From NCBI GenBank assembly GCA_029262535.1, contig JAJCZF010000074.1, positions 78,883 through 142,882 on the forward strand: DNA of 64,000 bases, in the 5' to 3' direction. Source of the DNA: Deltaproteobacteria bacterium (GTDB lineage: Bacteria > Desulfobacterota > GWC2-55-46 > JAJCZF01). The notes beneath the pieces were generated by a model. That model searched no databases, was not told where the DNA came from, and worked only from the letters and a program-made list of their open reading frames with translations. Shown piece by piece: positions 56,369 to 64,000 of the stretch. The translations under genes were made by a program, and so were the position numbers. Within the stretch, counting starts at the first letter, position 1. Every line of letters starts with the position of its first letter.

Positions 56369-57667
56369 ATGGATACGATATATACAAAGAGGTGGCTCTC
56401 GGTAGCGGTGACATTCCTTGGTGTCGGCGGCTCGTTCGCATTCCTGATCGCGCTATCGAGGACGCCGTTCGGACATGCCCATTTCCCGGAGGGCTTTATG
56501 TTTCAGGGCATAGTCGGCCATGTGGTGCTCGCCATAGTGATGTGGCTTATGTCCTTTACGGTCGTCCTGTGGTCGATCTATCTTAAGGGAAGGGTCTGGC
56601 GCGGTAGTTACCACCTGGCCATAGCAGGCGCAATACTTGTCACGGTCTCGGTCTTTACCGGTTCGGGTAAGGCCATCGTTAATAACTATGTGCCGACGAT
56701 AGACGATCCGCTATTTTTCTTTGGCATAGGGTTTTTCTTTGCGGCCTTTGCGATAAACGGCCTCTCCTATCTCGCTTCGGCGATCTACCAGCTAAGATCG
56801 AAGGAGCCGTTAAAGTGCGCTATATCTTTTTCAGTGCTTATCGGTCTTTTGATGATGATTTCGCTTTGCGTCTCGCTCCTTTTAGGTTCTGGGCAAGAGG
56901 TAGAGCCGCGCATGGCCTACTTTGAAAAGTTATTTTGGATACCCGGTCATATACAGCAGGTCTTGAACGGCGCGCTGCTCATAGCGGTCTGGTACGCGCT
57001 TCGCTCGGCGCTGGGGCTTCCTAATCATGACAGAGTTTGGCTAAGGCCGTTCAACTGGATGCTGCTTTTATCGGCTCTTGTTCTATTTATAATACCCTTT
57101 GTGACCGATCCGGTTTCAAGAAACGCCAAGATCGGGGCCGAGATAATATATGGCGTCGGCCTTGGCATTCCGGTATTTGTTCACGCTATAAATATCTTGA
57201 TTGGTCTATCAAAGGCTAAAGGGAATTTCAGTGGCGTCGTATTCCTTTCTTTGGTATTATCGATGGCGATATATTTCCTCGGCATTGCCATAGCCTATAC
57301 GGGGCTCGGTAACGACACGCGCGTTCCGGCCCATTACCACGGGGCGGTGACGGGACTGACGCTTGCGATGATGGGCCTTACATATACGCTTGTCAGGTCG
57401 TCGGCAGGGGCGAAGGGAGTGCTCGAAAAGTTTGCTCGGATACAGCCGGTCTTATATGGCGCGGGCATGATACTCGTAATACTCGGCCTCATGGTATCGG
57501 GCATGTTCGGAGCTCCGCGTAAGACCTACGGTGTCGCCTTTGCAAGCGACCCACTTGTCTTGACCGCTCTGACCGTTATGGGAATCGGCACGCTGATGGC
57601 CGTATTCGGCGGAGTTTTATTTGTATCCTATTCGGGAATAAAACTTTTGGGAAGGAGAGAGTTTTGA
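56369..57667 (+). CDS. 12-TM membrane protein of unknown function with conserved His pairs, embedded in the oxidase operon (possible divergent heme-copper-oxidase-like or assembly protein)
   Basis: 432 aa. The start codon abuts the ctaB stop. HAHFPEG, WIPGHIQQ and VPAHYHGAV motifs in predicted helices. Confidence 0.55.
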   Translation: MDTIYTKRWLSVAVTFLGVGGSFAFLIALSRTPFGHAHFPEGFMFQGIVGHVVLAIVMWLMSFTVVLWSIYLKGRVWRGSYHLAIAGAILVTVSVFTGSGKAIVNNYVPTIDDPLFFFGIGFFFAAFAINGLSYLASAIYQLRSKEPLKCAISFSVLIGLLMMISLCVSLLLGSGQEVEPRMAYFEKLFWIPGHIQQVLNGALLIAVWYALRSALGLPNHDRVWLRPFNWMLLLSALVLFIIPFVTDPVSRNAKIGAEIIYGVGLGIPVFVHAINILIGLSKAKGNFSGVVFLSLVLSMAIYFLGIAIAYTGLGNDTRVPAHYHGAVTGLTLAMMGLTYTLVRSSAGAKGVLEKFARIQPVLYGAGMILVILGLMVSGMFGAPRKTYGVAFASDPLVLTALTVMGIGTLMAVFGGVLFVSYSGIKLLGRREF

Positions 57668-57672
57668 CAGAG

Positions 57673-57783
57673 ATGACAATGGAAAGAGATAATAAAGGAA
57701 AACGCAAGGTCGGTCTCATAGTGGGCGGTATAGTGTTACTTAACTTTATCGTGGCCATCCTGATACTTTCGTCGAGACTATAG
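57673..57783 (+). CDS. Candidate 36-aa single-TM micro-protein (MTMERDNKGKRKVGLIVGGIVLLNFIVAILILSSRL)
   Basis: Not in the ORF track (below 60 aa). It fills the 120-bp gap between the unknown 12-TM gene and DUF420. It has a positively charged N-terminus and one hydrophobic helix. Confidence 0.3.
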   Translation: MTMERDNKGKRKVGLIVGGIVLLNFIVAILILSSRL

Positions 57784-57789
57784 CGGCGA

Positions 57790-58194
57790 ATGGATCTTGA
57801 GCCACTGGTCTCTTACGGGAGCCGCGCTACCATTGCCCTGAGCGGCCTTGCCGTAATTACGGGTGTCGTGCTTGTTAAGACGGGACGCAAGGAGGCGCAT
57901 AAAAAAGCAATGGTTACGGCCGCGCTGCTTGCGGTAATCTTCGTTATACTGTATATTTTAAGGACCATGCTCTTTGAACACGGTCGGTACGAGGGTGATT
58001 ACAGGACCTTTTACCTCTTTACACTCGGCTCCCATACCGTAATGTCGCTTATTAACCTGCCGCTTGCGGTGGTGACGATCTACTTGGGTTTTAAGGGTAG
58101 GATAGAGATTCATAAGAGAATAGCCCCCTATACGGCGGTTGTATGGATATATGTGGCATTTACCGGCTGGCTGGTCTTTCTATTTAACAGTTAG
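57790..58194 (+). CDS. DUF420-family 4-TM membrane protein (commonly linked to caa3/aa3 oxidase operons)
   Basis: 134 aa, four helices. Sits in the cta operon. Confidence 0.6.
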   Translation: MDLEPLVSYGSRATIALSGLAVITGVVLVKTGRKEAHKKAMVTAALLAVIFVILYILRTMLFEHGRYEGDYRTFYLFTLGSHTVMSLINLPLAVVTIYLGFKGRIEIHKRIAPYTAVVWIYVAFTGWLVFLFNS

Positions 58195-58270
58195 CCATTA
58201 ACGAGAGAAAAGATTTCGCCCGGGATCGCGGTGGAACTTAAACTTAAATCCTATAAGGAGGACTTTAAAG

Positions 58271-58612
58271 ATGGAAAAAGCAAATATACTGGAAACAAAG
58301 GAATTTAGCGATACAGTCGTAAAGAAGGTTACCTATATAAAGACCGATCAGGTCGCGCAGGATACCTATTACTTCAATGCCGGGCAGGAGCTACCCTACC
58401 ACCGTCACCCCCAGGGCGATCAGGTATTTTTTGTTCAGGAAGGCACCGGCACATATACCACCGACAACGGCACGGAAGAGTCTACCGCTCTAGCGCCCGG
58501 CGTAATCGTACTTGCCCCGAAGAATGTATGGCACAAGATTGTCGCCGACACGGAGCTCGTCGTAAGCCAGGCGACTGTGCAGCCGGCCGGCATGGAGGCG
58601 CGTAACGCCTAG
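58271..58612 (+). CDS. Cupin-domain protein
   Basis: HRHPQGDQVFFVQEGTG ... two-His cupin motif. RBS AAGGAGG. Confidence 0.6.
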   Translation: MEKANILETKEFSDTVVKKVTYIKTDQVAQDTYYFNAGQELPYHRHPQGDQVFFVQEGTGTYTTDNGTEESTALAPGVIVLAPKNVWHKIVADTELVVSQATVQPAGMEARNA

Positions 58613-58630
58613 TTTTTTTAAGGTGTTCTA

Positions 58631-58680
58631 GTTTTTAAAGGGAGAATAGTCGTTATGTGACTATTCTCCCTTTTTTATGG
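58631..58680 (+). terminator. Rho-independent terminator
   Basis: GGGAGAATAGTC gttatgtg ACTATTCTCCC followed by TTTTTTAT. Confidence 0.85.
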
Positions 58681-59014
58681 CTTGAAATACTGGATTGATC
58701 TTTTCTCTATTAATTAACCGCCTAATCATGCTTTAATATAAATATGGTATACTTAATTTATCGGCAAGCGCGCACTTTACAAGGCAAGCTTTAGCACACC
58801 TCGACTCCTCATCCGAAAATACGAACAACCCACTTTTAACCGACTTGTCGGAATAGATGATAGAAAAGCCGACCGGCTTTATTGTATTATAGTTAATAGA
58901 TAGATACTATGTTTTGTAATGGATATTCAGGACTGAACTGTCTTAATAAATCAGACTATTAATGGTGGCGTCTGTTTAATGGTGCTATAATAGAATTAAG
59001 AGTCAGGCTTAATT

Positions 59015-59719
59015 ATGAAAAAGACGATCCTATTTGTAGATGACGAACATATTCTTCTTGATGCTGCCGAGAGGATACTCGGAGAGTGGTTTGTCGTATT
59101 GATTGCCGGTAACGGCGAGGAAGCCCTGCGTTTATTGAATGAGGAACGGGTCGATTGCGTGGTGCTTGATCTGGTTCTACCCGGCATGGATGGCGTTACG
59201 CTACTGCGCAGTCTGCGTGAGAGAGGCTCGGATGTGCCTGTAATAGTCGTCACCGGCTGGAGCAAGCTTGAGTATGCCGAGAAGTGCGCCGACCTCGGCG
59301 TTAGCGGTTATCTAAATAAACCTTATGAATTTGAAGAGCTTCGGGACAGGGTCAAGAAGCTTACCGACTTAAATTCAAAAGGGCAGGCAGGCACACTGGA
59401 CGGTAGCGTTCATCCCAAGTTGCATGAGGCCATAGAGTATATCCATAATAACTTTGCCGGCACCGTTACGACTACACGGGTTGCACAAGAGATCGGCATC
59501 TCCTCCGACTACCTCGGTCGCCTCTTTCAAAGAACGATCGGCGAGACCCTTACCGGTTATTTGAACCGCATCAGGGTCGAAGAGGCCAAGAGACTTCTGG
59601 AGAGCACCGATAACCCTGTATCCGCTATAATGGAAAAGACAGGTTTTAAAACGGAACAACATTTCTTTTCTCTCTTTAAAAGATATGCCGGAGCCACACC
59701 AAAGAGTTTTAGAAAGTAA
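59015..59719 (+). CDS. Response regulator with AraC-type HTH output domain
   Basis: REC (FVDDEH...DLVLPGMDG) plus C-terminal AraC helices (SSDYLGRLFQR and FKTEQHFFSLFKRYAGATP). Confidence 0.85.
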   Translation: MKKTILFVDDEHILLDAAERILGEWFVVLIAGNGEEALRLLNEERVDCVVLDLVLPGMDGVTLLRSLRERGSDVPVIVVTGWSKLEYAEKCADLGVSGYLNKPYEFEELRDRVKKLTDLNSKGQAGTLDGSVHPKLHEAIEYIHNNFAGTVTTTRVAQEIGISSDYLGRLFQRTIGETLTGYLNRIRVEEAKRLLESTDNPVSAIMEKTGFKTEQHFFSLFKRYAGATPKSFRK

Positions 59720-59934
59720 GTTTCTTTAACGACTTTTTTTCTTGTCTTTCCGTCTTGTAAAACCCTCATAAATCCCGCAAACTAAAGCCAGGTGTATCTT
59801 TAAGCCTATATAGAGGACTTTTTTGTCTGGATTATTGAGCTAATTACCGCTTACCCTTATTGTTAATAATTCTTGAAGCTGTCACAATATATATATTCTG
59901 GGATCATAATAAAAATTTGACTATCGGCAAAGGA

Positions 59935-60147
59935 GTGCAGGTCTGTTTTTGCAATGTTGATAAGAGGATATTAAAAGAGGTCGCTCTTGAGAAGACGCTG
60001 CCTGCAAGCGTGCTCAAATGTCAAAACTGTTGGGACGACCTTTGCGATATAAAGATGGAACTTGATAGCGACTTATGGATGGAGCTTGCGCGAAGACGAT
60101 TGACGCTAGTATTTATGAATGACTCCTTTCGGAGCTCTGATAAATAA
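59935..60147 (+). CDS. Small CFC...C-x2-CW-motif protein, paralog a. Start uncertain: GTG 59935 or upstream ATG 59860.
   Basis: Shares ...VCFCNV...(22 aa)...CQNCW with paralogs b and c. AT-rich context. Confidence 0.35.
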   Translation: MQVCFCNVDKRILKEVALEKTLPASVLKCQNCWDDLCDIKMELDSDLWMELARRRLTLVFMNDSFRSSDK

Positions 60148-60213
60148 TAACAATAATCGCTCAGGGGCCTAACGCTACCGTTTATTAAATATTATTTTCA
60201 TTTGGAGAGTATC

Positions 60214-60420
60214 ATGAGCGCAAAATGTTTTTGTAAAGTTGTCGACGGCGAACTGGGCCTATTCCTTAAGGTCGGGCTGGTGCCGGACGAGGCCCTCTTG
60301 CACGGCTGCTGCTGGACAAGATTATCCGATGCCTATGAATCTGATAAAGATAGTTATGAAAAATCGTGGGGAGATCTTAAGGCCAGGCGTAAAGAGTTAT
60401 TAAGAGGCCGGGAGTTGTAG
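60214..60420 (+). CDS. Small CFC...CCW-motif protein, paralog b (69 aa)
   Basis: MSAKCFCKVVDGELGLFLKVGLVPDEALLHGCCWTRL. RBS GGAGAG 6 nt upstream of the ATG. Confidence 0.45.
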   Translation: MSAKCFCKVVDGELGLFLKVGLVPDEALLHGCCWTRLSDAYESDKDSYEKSWGDLKARRKELLRGREL

Positions 60421-60472
60421 TCACAGGGATTCTTCCGGCTTCGGCTTTTCTTAGTATAGGCTGGTGATTATT

Positions 60473-60622
60473 ATGCAAGAAGAGTGTTTTTGTTTTATGA
60501 GTAACAGAATAATAATAGTATATATAAAGGGCGGGCTCGTTCCCGATAGCGCCCTGAAGAGAGAGTGTTGTTGGAGCAGGATAAACAAGCTACGCAGATC
60601 CAGCCTTGAGTTAAAGAAATAG
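60473..60622 (+). CDS. Small CFC...CCW-motif protein, paralog c (49 aa)
   Basis: MQEECFCFMSNRIIIVYIKGGLVPDSALKRECCWSRI. Not in the ORF track (below 60 aa). The motif spacing is identical to paralog b. Confidence 0.4.
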   Translation: MQEECFCFMSNRIIIVYIKGGLVPDSALKRECCWSRINKLRRSSLELKK

Positions 60623-60923
60623 AGCCATATTTGGAACTCTATGATTATGAGACGCAAAGAGCTATTGAGGTGATCGTCTGAGCTGAATCGCTTATCTTTA
60701 AGGTCGTCACTCCCGCCTGTCCCGTCACATCGTTTAAATTTTAAAAAAACCCACTTGATTTAATCTTCCGAGAGATTGATAATATAATAATAGGTGCTAA
60801 AGCCTCTTTATTTTATCCGCTGGCGAACGGTCAGCTTCCTTAGTGACACCAATCTGATCTTGGTTTTCGACCACAACTCTTACCTGATAGTGTGAGCATT
60901 AAATATTTGACCCGACTCTTATT

Positions 60924-63900
60924 ATGAAAAATATTTCAATTATAATAGTTATTGATCCGGCGGACGATATACGGCCGGTAACCAGTGCGCTTGAGAAGGG
61001 CGGCTTTAGGGTAAAGCTAGAAGTGCTTTCTGACAGGAAGGCTCTTTGTTCGGCTCTTGCTAAGCGACCCTGGGACGCTGTGATAGTTACCGCTCATTCG
61101 TCCCTTGAAATGCTTAAGGTCTGCAAGGAGTGCGATCCTGATATCCCCTTCATAATAGTCTCGGATGAAACGGATGAGGCGGCAGTCGCTCATATTGCCT
61201 CCGCGATACGCGCTGGGGCGAGTGAATATGTAACATTGAAATATATCGATAATCTTCTTCCTATCCTTGAGCGGGAGCTGAAATACGCGCAGGCAAACCG
61301 GGAGAAATCTCATGCCGACGAGACCGTTGCGCACTACAAACTGCTCTTTGATAATATCTCCGATCTTGTCTACATCTGCGACGACAAGGGAGATATATTA
61401 TATCTTAATAGCGCTTTTGACAGGCTCTCAGGTTGCAAGAGAGATGACTATATTAATAAACCTTTTGCGCCCTTGTTCGATGAAGAGAATCTGAAGGTTG
61501 CGACAAAATTTTATAAGAAGACGCTTGGTGGCGAGAGCCCTACATTCGAGCTTTCTTTCAAAGAGAGCGGAATCTTATGTGAGTACAAGGCCCTTCCTCT
61601 CAGGGACGGTGATGGTAGGATAACCGGCGTGCTCGGCTCGGCCAGAGACGTTACCGGCAGAAGGCTCGCGGAAAAAGCCCTCTCCGAAGCCAATAAGGAG
61701 TTCCACGCAAAACTTACCGAGAGCGAGCTGGCACAGAGACTCTTTAAGAAGGTTCAGACCTTTGACCTGACCGACCTTGAAACCTTTCCAGAGATCGTAT
61801 ACCTTCAGGCCCGGGACCATACTATTCCTTTTGCCAACCGGCGTTTCAGGGAAGAATACGGTGAGCCCGGCGCGAGGCCCTGTTATGAGGTTATGTGGAA
61901 CAGGAACGAACCATGCGATGAATGTCGGACTTTTGAGGTCTTTGATACGCGCGAACCTATGGAATGGATATCGAATCATCTATCCAGTGGCAAATTTTAT
62001 CATGTCTACGACTATCCTTTTGAAGATACCGACGGCACTTTTCTAGTCCTTGAGATAAGCATAGATATAACGGAGCAAAGGCGCGCCGAGGAGGAGATCC
62101 GTCTTCTCGCCGAGATGACGGCCAATATTACGGAAGGGGCATCTCTGGTTAGAGTAAGCGACGGCACAATAGTTTATGCCAACGAACGTTATGAAGAGAT
62201 CTTCGGTTATGGGCCTGGCGAGCTTATATCTAAACATATAAGCGAGATCAATGCGCCTTCGGAAGATGGCGAAGATGCCAAGGACGACAAAGAGGTCTTT
62301 ACAGAGGTCTCCGCAGCGCTCAAACGTGACGGAATATGGACGGGCGAGGTAAGGAATCTAAAAAAAGACGGAACGATCATAACGACATATGCGAAGGTCA
62401 GCGCCTTTGAGTCCACGAAGTACGGCGCCGTCTGGTTGGGCATGCTGGAGGACATTACAGAGAAGAAACGGGCGGAGAAGGCCCTTGTCGATAGTGAGGC
62501 GCGTTTTAGGAGATTGGTGGAGACGACACCGCACGGTATTCAGGAGAACGATCTGAATGGAACTATTACCTTCAGTAACCTGGCTCACGCAAAGATGCTC
62601 GGCTACGAGGAAGGCGAGCTGGTGGGCAGGGCCATATGGGATTTTTATGAAGATGACGACGAGCGGCAGGCAATAACTAAATATCTTCAATACCTGATCG
62701 TGGAAGAGCCGGTCCCTTCCTCATATGTAGGCAAGAATATTACAAAAGACGGCAGGTCTATATATCTTCAGATCGACTGGAACTATATGCGTGACGACAA
62801 AGGAGTTCTTATAGGTTTTGTATCGATCATTACCGATATAACAGAACAAAGAGAGGCCCGTGAGGAGCTTGAAGAGAGCAGGGAACTGCTGGAGTCGGTA
62901 ATAGACAACTCCACGGCTGTTATATATATAAAAGACCCTGAAGGAAGATATATTCATGCGAATCGCTGTTTTAATAGACTTTTTAACCTGACAAAAGATG
63001 AAATTTCAGGCAAGACGGATCATGAACTCTTTCCTTTAGAGGCGGCCGATGCCTTTCGTAAAAATGATTTGGAGGTGATAAAGGCCGGAGCTCCACTTGA
63101 GTTTGAAGAGATAGCCTATAGTGTGGACGGCCCTCATACATATATCTCCAAAAAGTTTCCGCTATATGATTCCTCTCAGACCCTATATGCCGTCTGTGGC
63201 ATCTCCTCCGACATAACCGAGCGCAAGAGGGCGGAAGAGGCTCTAAAAGAGAGCGAGCAGCGTTTCAGGGCCGTATTTGAGAACGCTATCGACGGTATAG
63301 CCATCGCCGATATAAGCGACAGGTCAATATATACCTGTAATGAGACTTTTGCAAAGATGCTCGGTTATACGATTGAAGAGGTTACGGGGCTAAAGGTTGA
63401 AGATCTACATCCGAAAGAGAGCAGCGCTCTCGAAGAATTCGAGTTGGTCTTAAAAAAAGAAAAGAAGTTTGTAGGCGATTTTCCCGTTTTAAGAAAAGAC
63501 GGAACTATCTTTCATGCCGATATCAGTCCTTCAGTTATGAATATTCAGGGCAAAGAGTTAGTAATGGGTATCTTTAGAGATATTACGGAGCGGCTCGAAT
63601 CCTACGAGGAGAAGGAGAGGCTTCAGGAACAGCTCATGCAGTCGCAGAAGATGGAGGCCATCGGTCGCCTGACAGGCGCGATATCGCACGATTTTAATAA
63701 TATGATGATGTGTATTACGACACTCTGCCGCCTTGGAATAATGGACTCTGATGAAAACGGACCGGTCAGGGGATATTTTGGCGAGATAGATAATGCCAGC
63801 AAACGCGCTCGTAACCTGACCAGCTTGATTGCTAACTATGGCCTCAAAGGACTGCTTCAGTCTACAAGAGTCGACATCAATGAGGTTATTGAAAGCGAAC

Positions 63901-64000
63901 TTATGGACCTACTCTCAAGGTTAATAGGCGTCAACTATGAGATAAAATATGATCTGGCGGAGAGCCTATGGTCGGTTTATGTTGATAAGGCGCATATAGA
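60924..64000 (+). CDS. Multi-PAS sensor histidine kinase with N-terminal receiver-like (pseudo-receiver) domain. The 3' end lies beyond the window.
   Basis: Manual translation from ATG 60924 is open to the window end. A REC-like fold lacks the canonical DD...D...K residues. At least 5 PAS/PAC blocks follow, then the H-box AISHDFNNMM. It is missing from the ORF track because it has no stop in the window. Confidence 0.7.
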   Translation, partial: MKNISIIIVIDPADDIRPVTSALEKGGFRVKLEVLSDRKALCSALAKRPWDAVIVTAHSSLEMLKVCKECDPDIPFIIVSDETDEAAVAHIASAIRAGASEYVTLKYIDNLLPILERELKYAQANREKSHADETVAHYKLLFDNISDLVYICDDKGDILYLNSAFDRLSGCKRDDYINKPFAPLFDEENLKVATKFYKKTLGGESPTFELSFKESGILCEYKALPLRDGDGRITGVLGSARDVTGRRLAEKALSEANKEFHAKLTESELAQRLFKKVQTFDLTDLETFPEIVYLQARDHTIPFANRRFREEYGEPGARPCYEVMWNRNEPCDECRTFEVFDTREPMEWISNHLSSGKFYHVYDYPFEDTDGTFLVLEISIDITEQRRAEEEIRLLAEMTANITEGASLVRVSDGTIVYANERYEEIFGYGPGELISKHISEINAPSEDGEDAKDDKEVFTEVSAALKRDGIWTGEVRNLKKDGTIITTYAKVSAFESTKYGAVWLGMLEDITEKKRAEKALVDSEARFRRLVETTPHGIQENDLNGTITFSNLAHAKMLGYEEGELVGRAIWDFYEDDDERQAITKYLQYLIVEEPVPSSYVGKNITKDGRSIYLQIDWNYMRDDKGVLIGFVSIITDITEQREAREELEESRELLESVIDNSTAVIYIKDPEGRYIHANRCFNRLFNLTKDEISGKTDHELFPLEAADAFRKNDLEVIKAGAPLEFEEIAYSVDGPHTYISKKFPLYDSSQTLYAVCGISSDITERKRAEEALKESEQRFRAVFENAIDGIAIADISDRSIYTCNETFAKMLGYTIEEVTGLKVEDLHPKESSALEEFELVLKKEKKFVGDFPVLRKDGTIFHADISPSVMNIQGKELVMGIFRDITERLESYEEKERLQEQLMQSQKMEAIGRLTGAISHDFNNMMMCITTLCRLGIMDSDENGPVRGYFGEIDNASKRARNLTSLIANYGLKGLLQSTRVDINEVIESELMDLLSRLIGVNYEIKYDLAESLWSVYVDKAHI

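Noticed and set aside
1-64000. CRISPR arrays, rRNA genes, transposase or integrase genes, toxin-antitoxin or restriction-modification or other canonical defence genes
   Set aside because: Scanning found no regularly spaced short direct repeats, no rRNA-like sequence, and no ORF with DDE/tyrosine-recombinase, nuclease/helicase or methyltransferase-restriction motifs.

Overview
This is a GC-rich bacterial chromosomal segment of about 64 kb with short AT-rich spacers. Genes are mostly co-directional and tightly packed or overlapping. In order, the window contains:

- **1-3.9 kb (minus strand):** three envelope-modification genes: two GT-C-type membrane glycosyltransferases and an SGNH/GDSL hydrolase.
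- **4.0-5.9 kb:** typA/bipA followed by a strong terminator.
- **5.9-6.1 kb:** a roughly 170-bp MITE-like element with terminal inverted repeats. A second, inverted copy sits 42 kb away at 48.0-48.2 kb.
- **6.4-9.0 kb:** a phosphate-acquisition pair (OprO/P-type porin and PstS) preceded by a small 4-Cys ORF.
- **9.1-11.3 kb:** a 731-aa polytopic membrane protein of unknown function.
- **12.1-21.7 kb:** a nine-gene, apparently nucleotide-sugar/glycan-tailoring operon. It encodes a TylCIII-architecture C-methyltransferase-like protein, an FkbM methyltransferase, a split transketolase, an SDR, an ATP-grasp ligase, a ROK kinase, a GT2 and a radical-SAM/SPASM enzyme.
- **22.0-38.2 kb:** a dense signal-transduction and c-di-GMP supercluster. 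It holds a GAF-HK, a REC-HK, two paralogous REC-HD-GYP proteins, a 1182-aa hybrid kinase with three receivers, a CheY-like protein, a five-PAS kinase with a duplicated kinase core, and an MHYT-PAS-GGDEF protein.
- **38.4-41.8 kb:** a tRNA-Val locus. Roughly 145-bp direct repeats (3' half of tRNA-Val plus flank) bracket a 3-kb iron-uptake module: an FTR1/EfeU permease behind a Fur-box-like site, and an outer-membrane beta-barrel. A second short-repeat family and an extra tRNA 3' fragment lie alongside.
- **41.9-43.3 kb:** ruvX and mltG.
- **43.6-49.0 kb:** a candidate acyl-metabolite cassette: a thermostable-hemolysin-like GNAT-fold protein, an ANL adenylating ligase, a secreted TPR protein, a radical-SAM/SPASM enzyme and an SDR. 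It includes a tandem duplication of the ligase gene 3' end.
- **49.0-49.9 kb:** a low-GC ORFan.
- **49.9-58.6 kb:** an Rrf2-regulated aa3-type cytochrome oxidase operon (subunit III, SCO1, subunits II and I, CtaA, CtaB, an unknown His-bearing 12-TM protein, a micro-ORF, DUF420 and a cupin).
- **59.0-59.7 kb:** a REC-AraC regulator.
- **59.9-60.6 kb:** an AT-rich tract with three tandem paralogous micro-proteins sharing a CFC...CCW cysteine motif.
- **60.9 kb-end:** a multi-PAS histidine kinase that runs off the window.

The most novel candidates are the CFC/CCW micro-protein array, the tRNA-Val-linked iron-uptake islet with its repeat families, the long-range inverted MITE pair, and the T_hemolysin-like/ANL/rSAM cassette. 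No CRISPR array, rRNA, integrase or transposase gene was seen.
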